From positions 2,274 to 66,273 of IMG/VR virus record IMGVR_UViG_3300011443_000015: DNA of 64,000 bases, one strand, 5' to 3'. The notes below the pieces were generated by a model, which saw nothing but the letters and a program-made list of their open reading frames with translations, made no database searches and was not told where the DNA came from. Source of the stretch: a virus (taxonomy: Duplodnaviria; Caudoviricetes). The position numbers were made by a program, and so were the translations under genes. This document shows, piece after piece, positions 26,877 to 36,575 of this stretch (position 1 is the stretch's first letter; each line of letters starts with the position of its first letter).

Positions 26877-28793
26877 ATGCCTGGTAAACATCACCACACC
26901 GACAAGTGGCGTCGCTGCGTCGACGAGGTCGTCGGCAAGGGCCATGATGAGTCCTCCGCGTCGGCTATCTGCACGACGTCGCTGCAGACGGCGGGGGAGG
27001 CGATCTTCGAGGGGCTTGCTGCGTGCAGCGAGGCGGAAATCAAGCTGCTGCATGCTGATCATGACCAGAAGAGTCACGGTGGAGATGGAGGCGGGGGTGA
27101 CAACAAGGGTGGCGGAGATAAGAGCGGCAGCAAGCGAGAGTCGGGAAAAAGCCCTACAGGAAAGAAGTTGTCTAAGAAACAGATGCTTCAGGAGGATGCG
27201 GAGCGTGTACGTCAGGGCAAGGAACCCATCCACAAGGAAGCACTGAACGATCTCTATAAGGAATCAATCAAGAAGCGCAGTCCGACGTTACGCGAAAACT
27301 CTTATGCAGCTTGGGTGGAGGAAGAAGACGAGATGAGGCACCTCCACCTCCTCGGTGCCACCGGCCCCGTGCGCTACGAGATGCACAACAACCGCAAGCA
27401 CATGATCATCCCGATCATCGCGCTGATGGAGGGCGTTATTCACCCGGTGAACGCCGAGACGCCGGAGTTCGTCCCGCTCGAGACGCTCAAGAAGGCAGCA
27501 GCCTCGTGGGTCGGCAAGCCGGTGATGCTCCAGCACCCGAAGCGCGACGGGAAGCAGTGCTCGGCCAGCGACCCCGAGCTGCGCGCGTCGGCGGGCCTTG
27601 GCGTCATCGCGAAGAGCTACGTCGAAGGCCGCAAGATGCTCCAGGAGGTCTGGATCGACGACGAGCGCGCGAAGAAGCTCCACCCCGAGATGCACGAGCG
27701 ACTGGCGGCTGGCGCGACCGAGGAGGTCAGCGTCGGTGCCTACGTCATCGCCGAGGCGAGGGACGGCGAGTTCAACGGTAAACGGTTCAAGGCACAGTGG
27801 CTTGAGACGCAGGGTGATCATCTGGCGTTCTTGCCCGGCGGTCGCGGTGCGTGCTCCTGCGACATGGGGTGTGGGACGCATCGCGTAGCCTCAAGCCTCG
27901 TTAGCCTGCACGCTGATCATGACCAGAAGAGTCATGGCGGTGGGGGTGGCGGGGAAAAAGATACGTACTCTGGCAAGCCCTCAAATCATCCAACGATCCC
28001 CCTGCCAGACGGACCCGATAATGGATCTGCGGTTTACACCTTGAAGCCTTTGAAGGGCGACAAGCGTTCGGAGCAGTTGGCACAAGTACGTAAGGAGCCC
28101 GACGGCTCTTACTATGGCGCCGCTGACAAGTTTGACTTTTCTGCTAAAGACGCAAGGGCCATGCGTGACAAACTTCGCGAGTTTGGTGCCACCTACGCCG
28201 GATGGGAGCAGAGAGACAACGAGGCGAACCAAGCGCCTGTGCACCTCGTAACGGCAGAATCCCTCGAGGTGCTGCCTGTTGATGATTTCACCTCTAGCAT
28301 CCTTCAGATTTTGGCGGGCAAGACGCCTGGTCAACTGAAGAAGGACAAAGAGTGCGCCCTCTGCAAGGGCCTCGGCAACCTCGGGGGCAACCCCTGCGAG
28401 GCGTGCGACGGTGAGGGGAACATGAAGACGGCCGGGGTCACGAGTCTTGCAGGTGCTCGTCACTCTGCCGCTGACATCAAGATGATCCAAACCGTTCACG
28501 ATCATGCAGCAGCACTCGGTGCTATGTGCTCGCGGAAGAATTTGGAGACAGCTTCGGCTATATCGCCGGAGTCCTGCGGATGCCACGGCGAGCAGGAACG
28601 CGCGGCGCAGGAACGCGTACGGCGTGAGGGCACAAGATGGGCGCTATACAGCGCCGACGGGAAGCGGGTTTTGGCTCGGCATAATACCGAAGCAGACGCA
28701 AGGGAACAGCTCGAGGCGGTCAACGCACGGGCAAAATCGTCGTGTGGTTGTCACGAAAAGCACGAGCACGAACATCAGGCAGCGGCAGTTTAG
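26877..28793 (+). CDS. Prohead protease (DUF2213-like) with multiple accessory modules
   Basis: PVMLQHP, EVSVGAY, DHLAFL..GRGACS..GCG; extra modules: KWRRCV..AIC, DnaJ-like Zn finger, IQTVHDHA..LGAMC, RWALYSADG. Confidence 0.8.
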   Translation: MPGKHHHTDKWRRCVDEVVGKGHDESSASAICTTSLQTAGEAIFEGLAACSEAEIKLLHADHDQKSHGGDGGGGDNKGGGDKSGSKRESGKSPTGKKLSKKQMLQEDAERVRQGKEPIHKEALNDLYKESIKKRSPTLRENSYAAWVEEEDEMRHLHLLGATGPVRYEMHNNRKHMIIPIIALMEGVIHPVNAETPEFVPLETLKKAAASWVGKPVMLQHPKRDGKQCSASDPELRASAGLGVIAKSYVEGRKMLQEVWIDDERAKKLHPEMHERLAAGATEEVSVGAYVIAEARDGEFNGKRFKAQWLETQGDHLAFLPGGRGACSCDMGCGTHRVASSLVSLHADHDQKSHGGGGGGEKDTYSGKPSNHPTIPLPDGPDNGSAVYTLKPLKGDKRSEQLAQVRKEPDGSYYGAADKFDFSAKDARAMRDKLREFGATYAGWEQRDNEANQAPVHLVTAESLEVLPVDDFTSSILQILAGKTPGQLKKDKECALCKGLGNLGGNPCEACDGEGNMKTAGVTSLAGARHSAADIKMIQTVHDHAAALGAMCSRKNLETASAISPESCGCHGEQERAAQERVRREGTRWALYSADGKRVLARHNTEADAREQLEAVNARAKSSCGCHEKHEHEHQAAAV

Positions 28794-28844
28794 GCCGCAG
28801 TTAGCGAACGCCGCTGATGCGGCTACATCACAGGAGTCAGAGCA

Positions 28845-29408
28845 ATGGAAAAAACAGCAAGGGCGGAACTGATCGCTGCGCTGGTCACGGACAAGCACAG
28901 CGGATTCGCGGATGGCGACGAAGCCATTCTGGAAGCGGCATCCGACGAGCGCCTCGAGCGCTTCCGGTCGGCGGCGGACGCCAGCCGGTCGGCGTCGAAC
29001 GATCGCGGACGCCTCGAGACCGACTTCCGCAACACGTCGGCGCGCCTCAAGGTCGCTGAGGAGCGCATCAAGGCGGCCGAGCAGCCGATGTCCGAGGAAG
29101 AGTTCCTGCAGAAGGCGCCCGAGGCGTTCAAGGCTGTGCTCGTCGAGCACAAGACGCTTGAGGATGGCATGCGCGCGTCGCTCGTCAGCCAGCTCAAGGA
29201 TCTCGGGGCGAATACCGAGGCGGAGCTGAAGACGAAGTCGATCGACGAACTGAAGACGCTCGCCGCATACGCGCGCGTCCCGGTGCCGGACTTCAGCGGT
29301 CGCGGGCTGCCGAAGGAGCGCGACATGCGCGCTGCGCAGACCTACGCGGCGCCCGACCCGTACGCGGCGGCGCTCGATCAGATCCGTGGTTCAAAGACGG
29401 TCAACTAG
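28845..29408 (+). CDS. Capsid scaffolding protein
   Basis: Helical and charged; between protease and capsid genes. Confidence 0.7.
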   Translation: MEKTARAELIAALVTDKHSGFADGDEAILEAASDERLERFRSAADASRSASNDRGRLETDFRNTSARLKVAEERIKAAEQPMSEEEFLQKAPEAFKAVLVEHKTLEDGMRASLVSQLKDLGANTEAELKTKSIDELKTLAAYARVPVPDFSGRGLPKERDMRAAQTYAAPDPYAAALDQIRGSKTVN

Positions 29409-29483
29409 GAGTCGACAGGCACTCGAGCGGTGGTCGTGGGACACCAAAGCTCGTAGGTTGGCCGGTCAAGGAGAAGCAGGAAC

Positions 29484-29921
29484 ATGGCGATCACCAGGAA
29501 CAACCCGAACACCGTGTACTTGGGTGGCTCACGCACCCAGATCGGGGATCTCGCGGCTGCGGCCACGATCTACCCCGGCGCGCTCGTCGCGCGTGACAAC
29601 GTCGGCGGCACGATCCGCTGGAAGCTCGCGGCGGCCGACATCGCGGGTCCGCCCGCCGTCGCCACGGATCAGTCGATGCTCAACAAGGGCGTCGACGACA
29701 CCTACGCCACGGGCGATCTGATGGAGGTCTCGATCCTCCACAAGGGCGCGCACGCGTGGATGTTCATCGCGTCGGGGTCGGCGGTCGAGGCGGGCGACCT
29801 GCTCGGCTCGTTGGGCACCTCGGGTCAGTTGAAGCTCTCGGCGACGGTCGCCCTCTTCACGGCGCTCGAAAACAAGACGGCCACTGCAGCATTGACGCGC
29901 ATCCGCGTCGAGGCCCTCTAA
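29484..29921 (+). CDS. Head decoration/cement protein
   Basis: AAATIYPGALV...GDLLGS pattern, directly before the MCP. Confidence 0.65.
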   Translation: MAITRNNPNTVYLGGSRTQIGDLAAAATIYPGALVARDNVGGTIRWKLAAADIAGPPAVATDQSMLNKGVDDTYATGDLMEVSILHKGAHAWMFIASGSAVEAGDLLGSLGTSGQLKLSATVALFTALENKTATAALTRIRVEAL

Positions 29922-29961
29922 GCCGCGAGGCTTAGATTCGCTCAGACAAGGAGAAAATGCG

Positions 29962-31053
29962 ATGTCAAAAGAAATGCGATTCATGGCGGGCAGCCCGGAC
30001 AACTGGCAGGGGACATCTCCCCTGACGAACGTCGTCATGCGGGCGCTGCAGGAAGCGGGCGGATGGTCGATCGAGGCCATGCGGCGTCCCGGCTTCCGGA
30101 TGATGGAAGCGGTGGAGAGCGACAATGTGTTCCGTGCGCTCGCCCCGATGCAGGACAAAGCACAGGTCGCCATCGATCGTGCGGTCGTCGAGGTCGGCCT
30201 CCAGCGGCTGACGTTCGCGGCCGACATCATGGCGGCGGGCCTCACCTACACCCTGACGGACCCGCTCAGCATCGCGCAGCTCGAGTGGAACTCGGCCAGC
30301 AAGATCGGCGCAGCCCAGCGCACCATGAGCCCCTCGGCTCGCGGTGAGAACAAGCTGCCGATCGTCACGCCAAACCGTTTGCCCATCTACCTCACGACGG
30401 ACGGGTTCGAGATCGACATCCGCACGCTGAAGACCTCGCAGCGGATCGGGACGCCGCTCGACGTGAGCATCGTCAAGCAGTGCGTGCGCGCGGTGAACGA
30501 GGCGATCGAGGATGCGGCGATCAACGGTGCAACGACACTCGACGGTCAGGCACTGGCGGTCGCTGGCTACTCGGCGCCCGGGCTGCTGAACGCGCCGAAC
30601 GCGGAGTCAGAAACGCTGACAGCGGCGGCGTGGTCGACGACCCCGGTCGGCTCGACGGTCTTCAGCCAGACGATGGCGATGATCGCGGACCTGCAGGGGA
30701 ACAAGAAGTTCGGCCCCTACCGCCTCTACGTGCCGACCGTGGTCGGCAACGCGCTCGACAGCGACTACAACGCGACGAACAATGCACAGGGCCTCACGAT
30801 TCGACAGCGCCTGCTGCAGATCGAGAGCCTCCAGGCGGTGCGCGTCGCCGACTTGCTGCCTTCGACGAAGGTGGCCTTGGTTCAGATGACGTCCGACGTC
30901 ATTGACATGGTCGTCGGTCAGCCGCCGACGGTCATCCCGTGGACGAGCCTGGATGGCTTCACCATCCACAACCTCGTTATGGCCATCATGATTCCGCGTG
31001 TCCGTTCGGACTACAACGGCGACAGCGGGATCTGCATCGGGACGCTCACGTAA
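29962..31053 (+). CDS. Major capsid protein (HK97 fold, encapsulin/Linocin-like)
   Basis: 363 aa; GLLNAP, GPYRLYVP, strong SD. Confidence 0.85.
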   Translation: MSKEMRFMAGSPDNWQGTSPLTNVVMRALQEAGGWSIEAMRRPGFRMMEAVESDNVFRALAPMQDKAQVAIDRAVVEVGLQRLTFAADIMAAGLTYTLTDPLSIAQLEWNSASKIGAAQRTMSPSARGENKLPIVTPNRLPIYLTTDGFEIDIRTLKTSQRIGTPLDVSIVKQCVRAVNEAIEDAAINGATTLDGQALAVAGYSAPGLLNAPNAESETLTAAAWSTTPVGSTVFSQTMAMIADLQGNKKFGPYRLYVPTVVGNALDSDYNATNNAQGLTIRQRLLQIESLQAVRVADLLPSTKVALVQMTSDVIDMVVGQPPTVIPWTSLDGFTIHNLVMAIMIPRVRSDYNGDSGICIGTLT

Positions 31054-31144
31054 AGAGCACAGGACAGCCGGCGGCGAGGAGCACTCACGCCGGCTGTCTC
31101 AGGCAGGCACTCGACAACAAAGCACCGCCGAAGAAAGGATAGAG

Positions 31145-31411
31145 ATGGACCCGCAACCGAAAGACGATACCGCGTCCGATGCGACCGCGATCGATCAACG
31201 GAGTCCTCGATATCTCCTTCGGCGGTCTTTTGTGCCGAAAGAGTTCAAAACAGCAAAGGGGACGATCGTCTTTCGGACGACGGACGACGAGGTCTATGCG
31301 CGACTGGCAGATGGGTCCATTCGACGGGCGCATCCGAAGGCGAATGGGAAAGACGCGCGGAAGGCGCGAGCACTCGCGCGTAAGGTGCAGGTAGTGAAGC
31401 GTGCGCGATGA
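31145..31411 (+). CDS. Hypothetical basic protein
   Basis: AAGGA SD; coupled to the next gene. Confidence 0.5.
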   Translation: MDPQPKDDTASDATAIDQRSPRYLLRRSFVPKEFKTAKGTIVFRTTDDEVYARLADGSIRRAHPKANGKDARKARALARKVQVVKRAR

Positions 31412-31722
31412 CGCTCGCGTGCATGCGTGCGCGGATCACGATGCTGGAAGCCGAATTGGTGACGCTGCGCGAGCAAGCACATCTCAAGGTGTTACGAGAC
31501 GCGTTGGAAGAGATCGTGCCGACAGCAGTCGTTGTTCCTCAACGGGCGGGAAGCGTGCTCCGGCTGGTCGCTCATGGCTCTCGACTACTGGCGTTACCGC
31601 GCCCGTGTTGGAAATGCGGGATTGTGTTCACACCGACCGTGCGGAATCAATACAAGTATTGCAGCGTCGCGTGTCGGTTGGATAGACGGGTAGGCTTTTC
31701 CTATGTGTCGCATACTGCGTAG
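31408..31722 (+). CDS. Hypothetical protein with CxxC...YCSxxC finger
   Basis: PCWKCG...YCSVACR. Confidence 0.5.
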   Translation: MTLACMRARITMLEAELVTLREQAHLKVLRDALEEIVPTAVVVPQRAGSVLRLVAHGSRLLALPRPCWKCGIVFTPTVRNQYKYCSVACRLDRRVGFSYVSHTA

Positions 31723-32920
31723 CACGCTCGCGCTGTTGCTACTCCTGGCATCTTCTGCCTTCGCCGAGACGACGGTCCGCGTCTCTCAGGCGGGATGGGC
31801 AGAGGTCCGTTGGGACGCGAGCGTCGCGACGCCGAACGTGACCATCGCAAAATACCTCGTCGGGATTCGCACGGCGTCGACGCCGGAGGTGATCGCCGAC
31901 GCGGGATTGTCACTCACGTATCGGATCGATGGGCTGCAGGGCGGCGTGGCGTATACGGTTCGTGTGTTCGCTGAGTCGACCGCGCTGGTGCGCAGCGCGT
32001 CCTCGAACGAGGTGACGTTCACGCTCGAGACGACGGTGCCAGACACGACGCTCCCGTCGGCACCGACTGGGCTCCAGGGGTCCGGCGCGTCGCTGGTGCA
32101 GATCAATTTGAGCTGGGTCGCGGCGACTGACAATGTTGCGGTGACCGGATATGGGATCTTTCGCAACACGCTGAAGATCGCCGACGTGACGACGACGACG
32201 ACCTTTTCCGACACGAATTTGCTCCCGGCGACGACCTACGGTTATACCGTCCAGGCGCGCGACGCGGCGGGGAATCTCTCGCCGATGACGGCGACGGTTT
32301 TTGTGGCGACGCTCGGCGATACGACGGCACCGTCGCAGCCGACGCTCCTGCAGGCGGTCCCCACGATGACGACGGTGCAGTTGTCGTGGGACGAATCGAT
32401 CGACAACGTCGGTGTCGCCGGCTATCGTATCCTCCGCAACGGCTCGCAGATCGCGGTGACCAGTGCGGTGACCTACCTGGACACCGCGCTCACGGCCGGG
32501 ACGAACTACACGTATAGCGTTGCTGCGTTCGATGTCGTGGGCAATACGTCACCCGCAACGCCAATCACCGCGCAGACGCTCCCGTCGACCCCCTCTCCGT
32601 GCATGGCGAACGGGAAGCCCTACACGATTGGTATCGCGATCGCGAACTGGACGAAGCGCGTCACGATCTCGTCGGCAACGGGGCCGCGCGGGCGCGTCGA
32701 CTTCTCGCTGCAGAACTCGTTTCCCGTCGTGCTCGTGCAGGTCAAGTTCGGCACGCAGGTGATCGGCGAGATCCCCGCGTCGGATCTGAGAGACGTGCTG
32801 GCGATGGGCTTCTCGACGCCGCGCGTGCCTGGGGTCTATAGCCTCTTCATCACGGCGAAAGATGCCGGTGGCTGCGTCACGACGACGACGATTGCTCGAA
32901 CCGTTACCGTGGTTCCGTAA
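31703..32920 (+). CDS. Secreted fibronectin type III repeat protein
   Basis: Signal peptide (LALLLLLASSAFA|ET); three FN3 units (PSAPT..L.W...TDNV.VTGY...RN..Y.Y.V.A.D). Confidence 0.85.
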   Translation: MCRILRSTLALLLLLASSAFAETTVRVSQAGWAEVRWDASVATPNVTIAKYLVGIRTASTPEVIADAGLSLTYRIDGLQGGVAYTVRVFAESTALVRSASSNEVTFTLETTVPDTTLPSAPTGLQGSGASLVQINLSWVAATDNVAVTGYGIFRNTLKIADVTTTTTFSDTNLLPATTYGYTVQARDAAGNLSPMTATVFVATLGDTTAPSQPTLLQAVPTMTTVQLSWDESIDNVGVAGYRILRNGSQIAVTSAVTYLDTALTAGTNYTYSVAAFDVVGNTSPATPITAQTLPSTPSPCMANGKPYTIGIAIANWTKRVTISSATGPRGRVDFSLQNSFPVVLVQVKFGTQVIGEIPASDLRDVLAMGFSTPRVPGVYSLFITAKDAGGCVTTTTIARTVTVVP

Positions 32921-33361
32921 GTGAAGATCACCATCGATGTCGATTGTTGTTGCCACAAGCCAACGCGGGTCCCTGTTGTGTTCTGGATGTACGGACCTAT
33001 CCAAGAACAAGAAGGTCTTCAAGGTCCAGTTTTCGAGGTTCCCATGACGCAGCTCACAGAAACACAGCAGGTCTCCGGCACGGTCACGCCGGTCACCGCA
33101 AAGGGAAGCCCCGCCGAGGTGCAGGCGTCGGTCTTCTCGTCGTCGGACACGTCGGTCCTGGAGGTGATTCAGGACACGGTCGACCCGCTCAAGTTTGTCG
33201 CGAAGGCCGTCGCTCCGGGGGCGGCGCAGGTGCAGTGGAACGCAGACGCGGATCTGGGCGACGGTGTGGTCCCGATCAGCGCAGTCGGTGACATCACCGT
33301 GGTTGCGGGGATGGCCGTGGGCGGAACGATCACGTTCGGAACGCCGGAAGAGCAGGCGTAG
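32921..33361 (+). CDS. Ig-like (Big_2-type) structural protein
   Basis: FSSSDTSVLEV...AVAPGAAQV; start may be MTQL (~33045). Confidence 0.6.
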   Translation: MKITIDVDCCCHKPTRVPVVFWMYGPIQEQEGLQGPVFEVPMTQLTETQQVSGTVTPVTAKGSPAEVQASVFSSSDTSVLEVIQDTVDPLKFVAKAVAPGAAQVQWNADADLGDGVVPISAVGDITVVAGMAVGGTITFGTPEEQA

Positions 33362-33426
33362 GATTCTGCTCTCCGAAGGTGATAGGTCATCTTCGGTGGG
33401 TTCACCTCACAGGAAAGGGTTCAACG

Positions 33427-34059
33427 ATGTCATTCAAGCAGGGTGAGAAGATCATCACTCATGACGGAAAGGTCCACTTCGTCAAGAAGGATGGGCAACT
33501 TCCGAAGATGAGGCGGGGGAAAGACGAAGTCTCCAGCATTCGCGGCTTCATTCGCGGCGCGCTGGTGGACTGCATTTCAGGCGAGAAGAATCTCGGCGAC
33601 TGGCACGAGAACGTCATCACGACCTACGGCCACGGCATGGTCGTGCGGAACTACGCCGGCCTGGCCTCGTCGGCCTCGTCGGTCGCGGCGACGGTCACCT
33701 CGGACATGGGCTTCGCCCGGTTCTGGGGCATCGGCTACATGACGCAGGCGCAGTCGTCGAACTTCTCGTCGATGTCGGCGATCGACTCGACCGAGTGGGG
33801 CCTCCACTCGACGGGTGGCGTCAGCCGCGCGACGGTCAGCGTCGGGTCGCAACTGCTCTCCGGCACCTGGTCGCTCTCGCAGAGCTTCCAATATGCCTCC
33901 ACGCACATCTCGCACGCGCAAACGGTGAACTGCATCGCGCAGTATCACACCTCGTCGGTCGGTGCGGGTACGGCACACACGCTCGCCACGTTCGCGTCGT
34001 CGACGAAAGGCACGACGCAGGCACTCAACGTCACCTACAACTTCGTGTTCAGCACCTAA
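33427..34059 (+). CDS. Putative structural (collar/fibre-base) protein, Ser/Thr-rich
   Basis: ENVITTYG..GIG..EW..RATV..LNVTYNF pattern. Confidence 0.55.
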   Translation: MSFKQGEKIITHDGKVHFVKKDGQLPKMRRGKDEVSSIRGFIRGALVDCISGEKNLGDWHENVITTYGHGMVVRNYAGLASSASSVAATVTSDMGFARFWGIGYMTQAQSSNFSSMSAIDSTEWGLHSTGGVSRATVSVGSQLLSGTWSLSQSFQYASTHISHAQTVNCIAQYHTSSVGAGTAHTLATFASSTKGTTQALNVTYNFVFST

Positions 34060-34112
34060 CGGGTTCACGATCGGAAAACCAGCGCGAAACGCGCAACTGT
34101 GTGGGGCAGTTC

Positions 34113-34328
34113 ATGGCAAAACAGCAGAAGAAAAAAGAGGAGAGCACCTCGCTTGACCTGGGGTTATTGGATGACGGCACGGTGGTGATGCAGTTCGGCC
34201 GCCTCGTCAAACAGATGACCTTCACCGCAGCCCAGGCGAGAGCGCTCGGCGTCGGACTGATCGAGAACGCGACACACAGCGATTCTCGCTTGCGGGTCAA
34301 TTCGAACCTGCCGGTGAGGAAGATGTGA
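34113..34328 (+). CDS. Hypothetical protein
   Basis: 71 aa; GTGA coupling to the methyltransferase. Confidence 0.5.
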   Translation: MAKQQKKKEESTSLDLGLLDDGTVVMQFGRLVKQMTFTAAQARALGVGLIENATHSDSRLRVNSNLPVRKM

Positions 34329-34831
34329 CGCCGCGCCTCAAGACGCTCCTGACCAAGAAGAAAGGGATCTTGCTCGACATCTCCTTCGGCGGCAAGCCGC
34401 AGCCACGTAGCGTGACGCTCGGGCCGAAGGGTGATCTGAAACAAGATCCGCGCACGACACCGTTTCCACTCCCGGACAACTCCGTGCACACAGCGGTCGT
34501 GACCCACGTGTTGGAGTTTCTCCCACCGGAGAAATTCTTCCCGTGGTTCGACGAGCTGTGGCGGGTGATGCAGCCGGAGGGCGGCGTCTACGTCAGCGGT
34601 CCGTATGGCGGTGACGAGTCGTTCGGCTGGCTCTCGGACCCGACCCACAAGACGCGGGTGTTGGAGCAGAGCTTCACGTGGCTCGACCCGCGCACGCCGC
34701 TCTACAAGGAACATCCGAACGTCGGGCGACGGATTCCGAAGCCGTGGTGGCCGCTGACGCTGGCCCGCGTGCCGGGGACCGAAGGAACGATCTCCTACAA
34801 CGTGCTGCTTCAGAAGCGGGTGAAGCCATGA
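34325..34831 (+). CDS. Class I SAM methyltransferase (type 11-like)
   Basis: LLDISFGG, FPLPDNSV...HVLEF, ELWRVMQPEG, DPTH. Confidence 0.8.
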   Translation: MTPRLKTLLTKKKGILLDISFGGKPQPRSVTLGPKGDLKQDPRTTPFPLPDNSVHTAVVTHVLEFLPPEKFFPWFDELWRVMQPEGGVYVSGPYGGDESFGWLSDPTHKTRVLEQSFTWLDPRTPLYKEHPNVGRRIPKPWWPLTLARVPGTEGTISYNVLLQKRVKP

Positions 34832-35661
34832 CCCCGAAGACTGAAGAGTTCGTTCCGCTCACCGTCGTCGAAGCGGAAGCCGAGATCACGCTCGAGGCGA
34901 TGGCCGCGCGGATTCAGAAGACCCGCGACGAGCACGCGGACGTGCTCCAGAAGTATCACGAGATCTGGTACAACGCCGAGCACACGTGGGTCTATACGCA
35001 CTTCCTCGGCATCGGTCTGATGAAGTGCCCGAACGACCTGTGGATCTATCAGGCCCTGATGACGAACCTCCGGCCGATGACCGTCATCGAGACGGGGACC
35101 TACTCCGGTGGGTCAGCGCTCTGGTTCGCGTTTCTGATGGACATGCTGAGGATCGACGGTGGTCGCGTCTTCACCGTCGACATCAAGGACCAGCGGAAGA
35201 ATCCGCTCGTGCTACATCCGCGCATCACCTACCTGGCCGGGAACTCGGCGAGGCCTGAACTGGTCGACGCGATCAAACACACCATGCCGAAGGGGCCGGT
35301 GCTTGTCTGCCTTGACTCCGACCATTCCGCCGAGCATGTCCACAACGAGCTCGAACTCTACGCGCCGCTTTGCAAGGTCGGCGACTGGCTTGTCGTCGAG
35401 GACACGAATATCGGGTGGAGTGACAAAGTCGATCATGTGCCAGTGGCTCCAGGCGGGCGCTGCTCGTGCGGAGCGGACTGGCCGGACGCGTCTTCGAAGT
35501 GCCCGAAGGACAAGGGCGACCAAGGCGCGCGTGGCGGCTTGATCCAGTACATGGACAAGCACCCGGGCGAGTGGCGACAGGACATCTTGTCGGAGCGGTA
35601 TCTCCTCACGATGCATCCAGGTGGTTGGATGCAGCGCATCGCGGAGTGCAGCCATGTCTAA
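34828..35661 (+). CDS. CmcI/rhamnosyl O-methyltransferase-like
   Basis: KCPNDLWIYQ, VIETGT..GGSA, LDSDHSAEHV, LVVEDT. Confidence 0.88.
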   Translation: MTPKTEEFVPLTVVEAEAEITLEAMAARIQKTRDEHADVLQKYHEIWYNAEHTWVYTHFLGIGLMKCPNDLWIYQALMTNLRPMTVIETGTYSGGSALWFAFLMDMLRIDGGRVFTVDIKDQRKNPLVLHPRITYLAGNSARPELVDAIKHTMPKGPVLVCLDSDHSAEHVHNELELYAPLCKVGDWLVVEDTNIGWSDKVDHVPVAPGGRCSCGADWPDASSKCPKDKGDQGARGGLIQYMDKHPGEWRQDILSERYLLTMHPGGWMQRIAECSHV

Positions 35662-36400
35662 GCCCATCACGGCGGACATGCCGCTCACGAAGATGAACAT
35701 TATCAATCCCGACATGCAGATCCGCCACGAGATCACGGCGAGCCTGCGTGCTCACGGGAACCTGATCTACGACTTCACGCGCGCGTGGTATGCGTCGCCC
35801 TACACGTTCCAGGGCACGAAGTTCATGGGCTTCGAGGCGTGCAAGATCCCGCTCGACCTCTGGGTGCTGCAGGATCTGTTCTGCCAGTACAAGTTCCAGA
35901 CGGTCGTCGAGACGGGCACGGCCGGCGGCGGCACGACGCTCTGGTATGCGGTGCTGATGGACCTGCTCGGGATCGACGGGCATATCTACAGCATCGACCT
36001 CGACGACACGCCGACGCGGCCGACGCACCCTCGGATCACCTACCTCTACGGGAGCAGTATCGACCCGGCGATCGCGGCGCGCGTCGAGTTGAAGGGGCCG
36101 GTGCTGCTGAACCTTGATAGCAATCACCTCGCGTCGCACGTCCTCGCCGAGCTCGAGCTGTGGGCGCCACGTGTGCCGGTCGGGGACTGGTTGCTGGTCG
36201 AGGACACGAACGGGTCGCCGGTCATCGAAGACCCGCTCACCGGACAACTCGAACAGGTGGAGGGGCCGATGGCAGCGGTGATGGAGTATCTCGCGAAGCA
36301 CCCCGGCGAGTTCTTGCGCGACGTCGTGTGCGAGCGCTACTGGCTAACGATGAACCCCCACGGGTGGCTGCAGCGTGTGCGGGGGTGTGAGCATGGCTAA
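35654..36400 (+). CDS. CmcI/rhamnosyl O-methyltransferase-like (paralog 2)
   Basis: KIPLDLWVLQ, VVETGT.GGG, LDSNHLASHV, LLVEDT. Confidence 0.88.
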   Translation: MSKPITADMPLTKMNIINPDMQIRHEITASLRAHGNLIYDFTRAWYASPYTFQGTKFMGFEACKIPLDLWVLQDLFCQYKFQTVVETGTAGGGTTLWYAVLMDLLGIDGHIYSIDLDDTPTRPTHPRITYLYGSSIDPAIAARVELKGPVLLNLDSNHLASHVLAELELWAPRVPVGDWLLVEDTNGSPVIEDPLTGQLEQVEGPMAAVMEYLAKHPGEFLRDVVCERYWLTMNPHGWLQRVRGCEHG

Positions 36401-36575
36401 ACTCTATCCTCCGACAGGACTCGGTGAAGGAATGGGACATCCGATCCCGGGAGGTGTCGCTGGTCCAATTCTCGATGGAAAATTCGTCCACACGGACGAG
36501 TATTTCAAGAGATATCCGCCAAAGGATCGCGCGAACTACTGGCAGTGGCGCGTCGTGCTACAGGGGTCCGAGTAA
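36393..36575 (+). CDS. Small hypothetical protein in the modification cassette
   Basis: 60 aa, coupled to both neighbours. Confidence 0.5.
   Translation: MAKLYPPTGLGEGMGHPIPGGVAGPILDGKFVHTDEYFKRYPPKDRANYWQWRVVLQGSE

Noticed and set aside
28791-28845. Protease-scaffold stop read-through (same frame)
   Set aside because: Two in-frame stops (TAG 28791, TGA 28815), and the scaffold has its own SD
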